Below, piece by piece: positions 1 through 7,895 of a stretch of DNA of 63,640 nt. The position numbers were made by a program, and so were the translations under genes. The stretch is from Candidatus Nanoarchaeia archaeon (GTDB lineage Archaea; Nanobdellota; Nanobdellia; Woesearchaeales; UBA583). Location of the stretch: positions 1-63,640 of the forward strand of contig JBNKLP010000005.1 of the NCBI GenBank assembly GCA_050292425.1, in the 5' to 3' direction. Below the pieces are notes generated by a model, which saw only the letters and a list, made by a program, of their open reading frames with translations, searched no databases and was not told where the DNA came from. The stretch's first letter is position 1; every line of letters begins with the position of its first letter.

Positions 1-2
1 AA

Positions 3-548
3 GATGAGTATTATGAATTATATCTAAAAGATAAAACTTCAAAAAAACATTATGAAGAATTATTTGATAAATATTTTGAAGATGAGCAAAGCAAAAACAA
101 CTTCGTTGAAATAGCAAATAACATAAAAGAACAAATTAAAGAAAAAGAATTCAAAACATTCAGAGTTAACAAACTAAAAGATGCACTAAAAGAACTCTCG
201 CAAAGATACACTTTAGGAATAATCTCCGAAGGAATAAAAGAAGATCAAATTGAAAAACTAAAACTTCTAATGATTTCAAGATTCTTCGAAGATGAAAACA
301 TCTGGTTAACTACTTCAAAATCAAAGGAATTTTTTGAAAAACTCTATGAAAACTACATTAATGAAAAAGGTTTTGAAAAAATCTGGATTGTTGGTGATAA
401 GGAAGACAAAGACATTATCCCTGCTAAAGAAGTTGGCTTCAAAACAATTAGAGTAAGCACAGGAAGACACAATTCAGAAATTGAAAAGTCACAAGCTGAT
501 TACCTAGTTCACTCTGTTGCTGATCTTATGAAAATGAGACTTGAGTAA
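3..548 (+). CDS. HAD-superfamily hydrolase, 5'-truncated by window edge
   Basis: Frame 3 is open from nt 3, with no stop before the listed Met at 270. C-terminal IWIVGDKEDKDI...AKEVGFKTI resembles HAD motif IV (GD-x3-D). Confidence 0.55.
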   Translation, partial: DEYYELYLKDKTSKKHYEELFDKYFEDEQSKNNFVEIANNIKEQIKEKEFKTFRVNKLKDALKELSQRYTLGIISEGIKEDQIEKLKLLMISRFFEDENIWLTTSKSKEFFEKLYENYINEKGFEKIWIVGDKEDKDIIPAKEVGFKTIRVSTGRHNSEIEKSQADYLVHSVADLMKMRLE

Positions 549-613
549 TTTACTCTTCAAGAAAAATTACAAAAACTCTTTAAGAAAACAAATATAAATA
601 TTCTAAGATTAAG

Positions 614-1021
614 ATGGCAAGATATATCCGAAACAAAAAAGCAAAAGGAACAGCTGCCGAAAATGAACTAATACATAAATTTTGGGAAACAAACCAATGG
701 GTCTGTGTTAGAGTTGCAGGTTCAGGCTCAACCAAATACCCTGCACCAGACTTGCTTGCATCCAGAGGAGATAAAAAAATTGTAATGGAAGTAAAAGTAG
801 TAAATGATGTTAAAAAATACTTCACTGGTCAGGAAATAAGAGACCTTGAATATTTTGCTGAAAAATTTGGAGCTCAAAGCTGGGTAGGAGTAAGATTTCA
901 GGAAAATCAATGGTTCTTCCTGCCCTCATCAGAACTAGAACAAACAAAATCAGAAAATTATGTAATATCTTTAATTGATATGAAAAGAAAGGGATTTACA
1001 TTTGAAGAAATGATTAATTGA
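614..1021 (+). CDS. hjc: Holliday junction resolvase Hjc (archaeal type)
   Basis: 135 aa. KGTAAENELI...VRVAGSG...PDLLASRGDKKIVMEVK...FGAQSWVGVRF matches the Hjc catalytic core layout (E, D, E-x-K). Confidence 0.85.
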   Translation: MARYIRNKKAKGTAAENELIHKFWETNQWVCVRVAGSGSTKYPAPDLLASRGDKKIVMEVKVVNDVKKYFTGQEIRDLEYFAEKFGAQSWVGVRFQENQWFFLPSSELEQTKSENYVISLIDMKRKGFTFEEMIN

Positions 1022-1028
1022 ATGAAAA

Positions 1029-1457
1029 ATGAGACTCTGGTCAATTCATCCAAAATATCTTGATGTTAAAGGAATAGTGGCCCTATGGAGAGAAACTCTT
1101 CTTGCTAAAAATGTACTTGAAGGAAACACAAAAGGCTACAAAAATCATCCACAATTAAAAAGATTCAAAAAATATGAAAACCCTATTAGTGCAATAAACC
1201 AATATCTTTATGAAATTTATATTGAAGCAAAATCCAAAGGATATAATTTTGATAAAAACAAATGCAAAAATCTTAATTTAAAAAAAGCAATCTATGTAAC
1301 AGACAAGCAAGTTGAATATGAATTTGAACATCTTAAAAGAAAACTCAAAACTAGGAATCCAGAAAAATTTAATGAAATAAAAAACATTAAAAATATAGAA
1401 ATCCATTCATTATTCAAAATAAAAAAAGGAGAAATAGCAACATGGGAAAAGATTTAA
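1029..1457 (+). CDS. Pyrimidine-dimer DNA glycosylase / endonuclease V-like (Pyr_excise family)
   Basis: N-terminus MRLWSIHPKYLDVKGIVALWRETLLAKNVL..GYKNHPQLKRF is the characteristic start of this family, recognised from memory. Confidence 0.65.
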   Translation: MRLWSIHPKYLDVKGIVALWRETLLAKNVLEGNTKGYKNHPQLKRFKKYENPISAINQYLYEIYIEAKSKGYNFDKNKCKNLNLKKAIYVTDKQVEYEFEHLKRKLKTRNPEKFNEIKNIKNIEIHSLFKIKKGEIATWEKI

Positions 1458-1750
1458 ACTTCAATCAAAAATGTTATAAACTACTCAAAAAAGTACCAAA
1501 AGGAAAAGTTACTACATACAAGATAATTGCTGAAAAATTAAACACAAAAGCATACAGAGCAGTCGGAACAGCAATGAGAAAAAATCCTAATGCCCCTCAA
1601 GTTCCTTGCCACAGAGTTGTAAACTCAGATGGAAGAATAGGTCAGTATGCTTTTGGCCAAAAAGAGAAAATTTCAATACTAAAAAAAGAAGGAATTCAAA
1701 TAAAGGACAATAAAATTATTGACTTTGAAAAACATTTATTTTATTTCTAA
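1442..1750 (+). CDS. ogt: Methylated-DNA-protein-cysteine methyltransferase, catalytic domain only (102 aa)
   Basis: Active-site PCHRVV motif and an upstream helix-turn-helix (TYKIIAEKL..AYRAVGTA). Overlaps the preceding gene by 16 nt. Confidence 0.85.
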   Translation: MGKDLNFNQKCYKLLKKVPKGKVTTYKIIAEKLNTKAYRAVGTAMRKNPNAPQVPCHRVVNSDGRIGQYAFGQKEKISILKKEGIQIKDNKIIDFEKHLFYF

Positions 1751-1822
1751 ATGTGTTCGATACTTTGCAGACACTAGAAAATTATTTAAACAAATTCTAG
1801 TTTAAAGTATTTCTAAACTAAA

Positions 1823-2089
1823 ATGAGTACAAGTTTATTAAAAAGAATTGAGGAACAACCTCAAACAAGCGTATGGAAAGGTCCTGAAAATTTTGAAGGA
1901 ACTTTAAGAACATTAATTGAAGGAAAATTTGAAGATATAAATCTAGTAACACCTATAACTACATATCATTTTCCTAAACAAATTGAAGTTTATGGGATAA
2001 ATGAAACACCAACTGATTGTAGAAATCCAAGTTTAGTTAAAAGAAGAACATACGAATATTACGGTTCAAATATTTCAAGTTTTAATTAA
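1823..2089 (+). CDS. Hypothetical protein (88 aa)
   Basis: ORF only. No recognisable motif. Confidence 0.35.
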   Translation: MSTSLLKRIEEQPQTSVWKGPENFEGTLRTLIEGKFEDINLVTPITTYHFPKQIEVYGINETPTDCRNPSLVKRRTYEYYGSNISSFN

Positions 2090-3030
2090 CAATATTTTTT
2101 TGCACAATAATTTCCTAAACCTTTCAGAGAACAATTGTAATCTTTAATAACACTAATTGGAATTCTTCTTAAGAATTTATCAAAAGTCTCATCTTCACAA
2201 AAAACATCAACAAATCTCTTCTTATCAAAAGTCATATTCTTCATCGCAATTCCTCCTGCAATGAAAAGTCCTCCTGCACAAAGTGAATCAATTGCAACTC
2301 CCTTAGCAACCCTTGCATAAAAATCATAAAACCTATCAAAAGTCACAGTAGCATCTTCATCCTTATACCTCAAAAAAGAAACTTCCTCAGCACTCTTTTT
2401 ATTTCCACACAAAAACTCATAAATAAACTCAATTCCACTTCCTGACAACACATCTTCAACTTCAACTCTGTCAACCTTTTTCTTCCACTTAATAAAATTG
2501 CAAAGTCTCATTTCTTCATCATTCTGAAATGGAAAATCAGCATGTGCAATTTCACTATCCAGAATATTTCCATCAGGCAAAACCACAGATTTTCCAAAAC
2601 CAGTTCCAGCTCCAATAACACCAATAGGAGAATTTCTATCTACAACTCCCTTATTTACAACAAGCAAATCATTTTTTGGTAAAACACTAACACTAAGAGA
2701 AATTGCCCTGAAATCATTCATAAAATCAACACTCCTAAGTCTTGTTCTCTCAATCAAATCTCTTTTAGAAACTATTATATTTGAATTTGTAAGATGCACT
2801 TCATTTTCCTGAACTCTTCCTGCACAAGAAAAAACTCCTCTATCACAAAATATTTCAAACTTCTCAAAACAAGCAACACTAAAAATATTGACAACCTCAC
2901 TAAGCGAAGAAAAATCGCTAGTAAAATACTTTTTCTCAAACTTAATCTTGAATTTTTTGTTTAGTACCTCAATCAAAGCAAAATTGATATGTGTTCCTCC
3001 AATATCAGCAACTAAAAAATAACTTTTCAT
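2086..3030 (-). CDS. glk: Glucokinase (Glk family)
   Basis: N-terminal ADIGGTHINFAL ATP-binding motif, GAGTGFG motif, about 314 aa. Confidence 0.7.
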   Translation of the reverse strand: MKSYFLVADIGGTHINFALIEVLNKKFKIKFEKKYFTSDFSSLSEVVNIFSVACFEKFEIFCDRGVFSCAGRVQENEVHLTNSNIIVSKRDLIERTRLRSVDFMNDFRAISLSVSVLPKNDLLVVNKGVVDRNSPIGVIGAGTGFGKSVVLPDGNILDSEIAHADFPFQNDEEMRLCNFIKWKKKVDRVEVEDVLSGSGIEFIYEFLCGNKKSAEEVSFLRYKDEDATVTFDRFYDFYARVAKGVAIDSLCAGGLFIAGGIAMKNMTFDKKRFVDVFCEDETFDKFLRRIPISVIKDYNCSLKGLGNYCAKKYC

Positions 3031-3992
3031 TTTTTTCTCTTAACTACTTTCTTTGCTTTTGAAACTATGTTCTTTGTACTAATTCCATACTTTTCCATAA
3101 GTTCATATCCTTCTCCACTCTCTCCAAAAGTATCTTCAACTCCTACAAACTCTTGAGGCACAGGATATTTTCTAGCTAGAACCTCTGCAACTGCGCTTCC
3201 CATTCCTCCTGCAATCTGATGCTCTTCACAACTCACAACGCATCCACACTTTTTAGCATACTTCAAAACAGTTGTCTCATCAAGTGGCTTAATAGTATGA
3301 ATATTAATTACAGCTGCACTTATCTTCTCTTTGGCCAATATCTCTGCAGCCTCAAGTGCAAACTGAACAGCAAGACCACAGACAATAATTGCAACATCCT
3401 TTCCTTCCTCCAAAACATTTGCAACTCCAACTTCAAACTTTGAATCCTTATTATTAATATTCAAACACTTCTCCCTTGAAACTCTCAAGTAAACTGGCCC
3501 TTTAATCTTTGCAGCCTGAGCAGTTGCACTAATAGCTTCCTGCTCATCACAAGGAACAATAACAGTCAAATTAGGAAGAACTCTGGTAATTGCGATATCT
3601 TCGAGTGCTTGATGAGTAGCACCATCAGGCCCTGTTGTAAGACCAGCATGAGAACCTAGAACTTTCACATTATGATTTGAATAGCATACACTAACTCTAA
3701 GCTGATCCCAGTTTCTTCCTGGGTTAAAAACAGCAAAAGAAGTCACAAAAGGAACTTTTCCATTCAAACACATTCCCGCAGCTGCGCTCATCATATTCTG
3801 CTCGCAAATTCCCATATCAAAAAATCTCTTTGGATATTCTTTCTCAAAATCAGTAAGTTGAACTGAGGGTTTCAAATCGGCAGTAAGTGCTACCACATTC
3901 CTGTCCTTCTTTGCAGCAATCATAATACCTTTTCCAAATCCAACTCTTGTTGAACCCTTTGAATTCTTGTCAAGTTTTGAGTAAAAACTCAT
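3027..3992 (-). CDS. tktC: Transketolase, C-terminal (pyrimidine-binding) subunit
   Basis: FDMGICEQNMMSAAAGM, GSHAGLTTGPDGATHQALEDIA. I chose the start at ATG 3992 (MSFYSKL), 2 nt after the tktN stop, with GGAGGG about 10 nt upstream. The listed 381-aa ORF would overlap tktN. Confidence 0.9.
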   Translation of the reverse strand: MSFYSKLDKNSKGSTRVGFGKGIMIAAKKDRNVVALTADLKPSVQLTDFEKEYPKRFFDMGICEQNMMSAAAGMCLNGKVPFVTSFAVFNPGRNWDQLRVSVCYSNHNVKVLGSHAGLTTGPDGATHQALEDIAITRVLPNLTVIVPCDEQEAISATAQAAKIKGPVYLRVSREKCLNINNKDSKFEVGVANVLEEGKDVAIIVCGLAVQFALEAAEILAKEKISAAVINIHTIKPLDETTVLKYAKKCGCVVSCEEHQIAGGMGSAVAEVLARKYPVPQEFVGVEDTFGESGEGYELMEKYGISTKNIVSKAKKVVKRKK

Positions 3993-3993
3993 T

Positions 3994-4833
3994 TTAAATC
4001 TTCCCTCCTTTAATTCTATCTTCTTGCAAACCAAGCTCAGCAAGTGCTTTTTTAACTTCTTCCGGATTTGGAGCTTTCCCATGCCATCTATAATCATTTT
4101 CCATAAAGCTAACTCCCTTGCCTGGAACAGTCTTTGCAATAATTGCAACTGGTTTGTCAAGTTTTTCTGCATACTCCAAAGCAGACTTTATATGAACAAT
4201 ATTATTTCCATCAATATCAATTGCTGCAAATCCAAAAGCAGTCATTTTTGCATGTAATAAATCTAATTTAAGAACATTATCAGTAGGACCATCAATTTGT
4301 ATATTATTCATATCAATAATCACTCTTAAATTAGAAAGATTCTCTTTTGTAGCAAACAAAAAAGCTTCCCAACATTCTCCTTCCTCAATTTCTCCATCTC
4401 CAACAAAACAGAAAACCTTGTTCTTCTTCTCATCTCTCTTCAAAGAAGCAGCAAGACCAACTGCCTGAGAAATCCCCTGTCCAAGTGGACCACCTGAATT
4501 CTCAATACCTGGCAAAAGACCAACATGAGGATGTCCTTGAAGCCTTGAACCTATTTTCCTTAAACTCATTAACTCTTTCTTAGGAAAATAACCATTATGT
4601 GCAAGTGTTGCATACAAAACAGGACAAACATGACCATTAGACAAAAAAACAAAATCCCTATTTTTATCTTGTGGTTTTTTTGGATTATGTTTTAAATAAT
4701 CAAAATACAAAACAGTAAAAATATCTGCAAGACCAAGTGAACCTCCTGGATGTCCTGTTCCTGCCTCTCCAATCATCTTGACAATATCTTTTCTGATATC
4801 ATTTGCAATCAAAGCTAATTCTTGTGTTCTCAT
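3994..4833 (-). CDS. tktN: Transketolase, N-terminal (TPP-binding) subunit
   Basis: GTGHPGGSLGLADI, GDGEIEEGECWEA (TPP-binding GDG motif). Split-subunit arrangement. Confidence 0.9.
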   Translation of the reverse strand: MRTQELALIANDIRKDIVKMIGEAGTGHPGGSLGLADIFTVLYFDYLKHNPKKPQDKNRDFVFLSNGHVCPVLYATLAHNGYFPKKELMSLRKIGSRLQGHPHVGLLPGIENSGGPLGQGISQAVGLAASLKRDEKKNKVFCFVGDGEIEEGECWEAFLFATKENLSNLRVIIDMNNIQIDGPTDNVLKLDLLHAKMTAFGFAAIDIDGNNIVHIKSALEYAEKLDKPVAIIAKTVPGKGVSFMENDYRWHGKAPNPEEVKKALAELGLQEDRIKGGKI

Positions 4834-4902
4834 AAAAAATTCTCATAAAAATCTTTTAAAAATATTAGTTGTAATCACTAAGTCAAGTAAAAACAAAACA
4901 AA

Positions 4903-5661
4903 TTAATAAAATCCAAATCTGCTCTGACAATAAGAACTTACTTCATAACTCTTTAAACTTGAACATGAAAAATTAGATTCAGCATTTTTCATGATTTCAC
5001 AATCACTTTGTAAATCATCTCCAATTAACTTGGAACAAGCAAAATTATCCAAATCAACAGCAAACTCAGTCTGTAAATAATAAGAATTTACACAATTAAC
5101 TCTCAAATCTTCCTCTAAATTATCACAAAGAGCAACATTCTCATCAATTATGGACATTTGTTGATAAAATGAAACTTCACAATCTTTCTGCAATTCATCA
5201 TCTATTATATCTTTACAAAAAGTAATGTCATTATTTTCTATTGCTCCTTGAAATGCAACAGTTGAAACACAATCATCAATAGAAACTAGTTCATCATCAA
5301 GCTTTTGACAATATGTAATATCCAACTTTTCATAAGCCAAATTTAAAGCTATATTATTCACACACACTTTCTTATATAAATTGTCATCAACCTGACTGCA
5401 ACTTGAAAAATCTTTTGACTTAATCAAAACTGCAACTTGTTGCTGCAATTCAATTTCACCCAGTTCTACATTATCTTCAACAGGAATCACAACCTGATTA
5501 TTAATTTCAACAATTTCAATAAAACTGTCTTGAGATTTGCTTTGCATTGAAAGTTGTATGAAGCTAATCAAAAACAGACCGACAAAAACTATTATTGCAA
5601 CAATAATCACATCTCCTTTATCCCAATTATCATTTGGATTTTTTATATTATCTTTTTCCAT
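4903..5661 (-). CDS. Membrane-anchored protein with six ~31-aa Cys-pair repeats
   Basis: N-terminal TM helix (VIIVAIIVFVGLFLISFIQL), then six repeats of C-x2-[LI]-x-D-[DE]-L-x3-5-C-x16-18. GGTGA lies 9 nt upstream of the ATG. Confidence 0.6.
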   Translation of the reverse strand: MEKDNIKNPNDNWDKGDVIIVAIIVFVGLFLISFIQLSMQSKSQDSFIEIVEINNQVVIPVEDNVELGEIELQQQVAVLIKSKDFSSCSQVDDNLYKKVCVNNIALNLAYEKLDITYCQKLDDELVSIDDCVSTVAFQGAIENNDITFCKDIIDDELQKDCEVSFYQQMSIIDENVALCDNLEEDLRVNCVNSYYLQTEFAVDLDNFACSKLIGDDLQSDCEIMKNAESNFSCSSLKSYEVSSYCQSRFGFY

Positions 5662-5668
5662 TTTTTAT

Positions 5669-7885
5669 TCACCTATAAGGAATCATCACATCATAACCTG
5701 AATAATCTGCATCCTGGCCATAAGCATTCCACCCAACACATTCAGCAAATAAATCACTATGCAAATAACATGTATTGCCAAACGAATTATCAACAGCAAT
5801 GATATCTCCACCAAAATAATCATTTGACTGACCATAAGCATTATAACCTGTACAATCCAGATTTCCATTTGAAAGTAAAATACAAGTTGTATATCCTCCT
5901 GCAGAAATTCCTATTGCATCACCACCAAGATAATTATTGGATTGACCATAATTATTATTTCCCCAGCAATGTACATTACCAGTATCAAATAATATACAAT
6001 TATGAACTCTTCCACTAATTAATGACATTATATTTCCTCCACTGGTATAATCATTAGATTGTCCTAAAGTATTCCACCCCCAGCAATGAACGTTACCAGA
6101 ACTTAATAATGCACAGTTGTGATTTTGACCACTAGATATCGCAACTGCATCACCTCCAAGATAATCATTAGATTGACCATCATAATTCGAACCCCAGCAA
6201 TGAACGTTACCAGAACTTAATAATGCACAGTTGTGTCTACTTCCACTAGATATCGCAATTGCATCACCACCAGTATAATCACTTGATTGACCAGCATCAT
6301 TTGAACCCCAGCAATGTACATTGCCATTTGAACGCAATGCACAATTATGGTTCATTGCTCCTAAAGCAAGTGAGATTACATCTCCACTATTATAATCATT
6401 AGATTGACCCCAATTATTTCTTCCCCAGCAATGTACATTGCCAGAATTAAGCAAAACACAACTATGGTATTGAGCAGACAATATTGGACTCTCCTTTGCC
6501 CAACTAGGTCCAGAAGAAACCCCAAATTTCTTCAAGGATTTTACTCCCGAACTAGTTTGAATTCTAATCTTTGATGCTGCTGAATCTGTTACATCAACCA
6601 AAACAATTCCATACACATCACTTCCTTTGGAAAACCTAAGTGGTGAAGTTAATGTTCCAAGTGGCTCACATGCAATTGCAATATTTGCAGTTCCATCAAA
6701 CACTCTGTAACCACAATCTATATCAGTTGAAGGTCCAACTAACGTATGTTTTTCAATATAACCTATGCCTCCATTTGAGAGTCCAGTATTTCTTCCAAAT
6801 AAATAAAATTCAGTATCAGAAATAGGTTCATAATCTAAGAAATAAACTATTTGTGAAGTACTGTTTAAATCAATCTCTTCATAAGAATTTGATATTGTAT
6901 CATATAATATAAATTTAATATCTCCTAAAGGAAATACTGATGTTAACATCCCAAAAAATATTTTATTTGAACCTGGTGCTGATTTGAGCTCACATCCATA
7001 AAATCCACAAAAATAATTAGGTAAAATTGGAGAATAATCAACAATATTTCCACTAGTTTTGTCAATTTTAAGTAATCTTTTACCTACCCCAAAAAAATCA
7101 TCTCCTAAAACATACATAAAACCATCAGGCATCAAAAGCAAACTACTCTCCATAATATTAGAAGTTGAAAAATTCCAAACATTATTTCCTGTAATTTTAC
7201 TTCTAGCTTGTAAAGAAACATCTGAGTTCATAAAATCATAACCTTTAATATAAACACTATTACTATCTCCCACTATGTCTTCTGCTACATTTTGATTTGA
7301 AGAAAAACTACTGTGTTTTACCCAAAGAATTATTGCAGGATCAACTTTACTTCTTTTTTCAATTCTCCAAGAAGGTACTGAATAAGTATTATCAACTCCC
7401 ACAATATAAATTCCAGTACTATCTAAATATATATTATTAGGTCTATCATTAAAATTAGCTCCAGTATCAATATTCCAACTATTAATGTAATTTCCATCCA
7501 AGTCTCTTTTTTCTAATCTCCAAGAAGTTTGAAAATATATTGCAGTAAGAACTGTCTGAGGACCAACTAAATAAACTCCAGTATTATCAACAGCAATATC
7601 AGTTAAAGAATCAGGATACCCTGTGAAATCTTCTTGCTGGTCCCACAATTCAATTCCAGAAGATGAAAATTTTCTAAAATCCCATTGATCCATAGATAAA
7701 AAACCACCAGAACTAAATCCAAAATATAAATCTCCATTATATCCTCTTAATGAAAAAGGAGCATATGAATTAGCAAAAGTATCTGCACTATTATCAGTTA
7801 CAACCCAATCAATACTATCATTCAAACTATAAACACTAGCAAAACTCCAAAATACCAAAAGTAAAATCAAAATTCTTCTAAACAT
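5669..7885 (-). CDS. Secreted protein: N-terminal beta-propeller-like region plus seven C-terminal RCC1-like repeats
   Basis: I chose the start at ATG 7885 (MFRRILILLLVFWSFASVYS signal peptide), which avoids overlap with the upstream gene. C-terminal repeats read H-N-C-A-L-L-x-x-G-N-V-H-C-W-G-x-N-x-x-G-Q-S. Confidence 0.75.
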   Translation of the reverse strand: MFRRILILLLVFWSFASVYSLNDSIDWVVTDNSADTFANSYAPFSLRGYNGDLYFGFSSGGFLSMDQWDFRKFSSSGIELWDQQEDFTGYPDSLTDIAVDNTGVYLVGPQTVLTAIYFQTSWRLEKRDLDGNYINSWNIDTGANFNDRPNNIYLDSTGIYIVGVDNTYSVPSWRIEKRSKVDPAIILWVKHSSFSSNQNVAEDIVGDSNSVYIKGYDFMNSDVSLQARSKITGNNVWNFSTSNIMESSLLLMPDGFMYVLGDDFFGVGKRLLKIDKTSGNIVDYSPILPNYFCGFYGCELKSAPGSNKIFFGMLTSVFPLGDIKFILYDTISNSYEEIDLNSTSQIVYFLDYEPISDTEFYLFGRNTGLSNGGIGYIEKHTLVGPSTDIDCGYRVFDGTANIAIACEPLGTLTSPLRFSKGSDVYGIVLVDVTDSAASKIRIQTSSGVKSLKKFGVSSGPSWAKESPILSAQYHSCVLLNSGNVHCWGRNNWGQSNDYNSGDVISLALGAMNHNCALRSNGNVHCWGSNDAGQSSDYTGGDAIAISSGSRHNCALLSSGNVHCWGSNYDGQSNDYLGGDAVAISSGQNHNCALLSSGNVHCWGWNTLGQSNDYTSGGNIMSLISGRVHNCILFDTGNVHCWGNNNYGQSNNYLGGDAIGISAGGYTTCILLSNGNLDCTGYNAYGQSNDYFGGDIIAVDNSFGNTCYLHSDLFAECVGWNAYGQDADYSGYDVMIPYR
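5672..6470 (-). repeat. Seven in-frame tandem repeats of about 114 nt (38 aa) encoding RCC1-like blades
   Basis: An exact 44-mer (ccccagcaatgaacgttaccagaacttaataatgcacagttgtg) occurs at 6078-6121 and 6192-6235, an offset of 114 nt. Confidence 0.8.
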
Positions 7886-7895
7886 TTTTAAGATC

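Noticed and set aside
2162-2176. ATTCTT-CTT-AAGAAT inside glk has the same half-sites as the metK/regulator palindromes.
   Set aside because: It is intragenic and has a 3-nt rather than a 2-nt spacer. It is most likely coincidental.
4827-4851. A direct repeat, ttctcataaaaa x2, spanning the tktN start codon. It creates a second, out-of-frame ATGAGAA upstream.
   Set aside because: It is a short AT-rich duplication. The upstream ATG is out of frame and opens no meaningful ORF.
5666-5679. An exact 14-mer, tattcacctataag, is shared with 8858-8871. Both copies lie upstream of surface-protein genes on the same strand, and a related tattcacc lies upstream of the 605-aa gene near 20425.
   Set aside because: For this window size and AT-rich composition I estimate tens of chance 14-mer matches. 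At 5666 the GGTGA part is simply a ribosome-binding site 9 nt from the ATG, whereas at 8858 it is too far from any start. This is not enough for a shared regulatory element.
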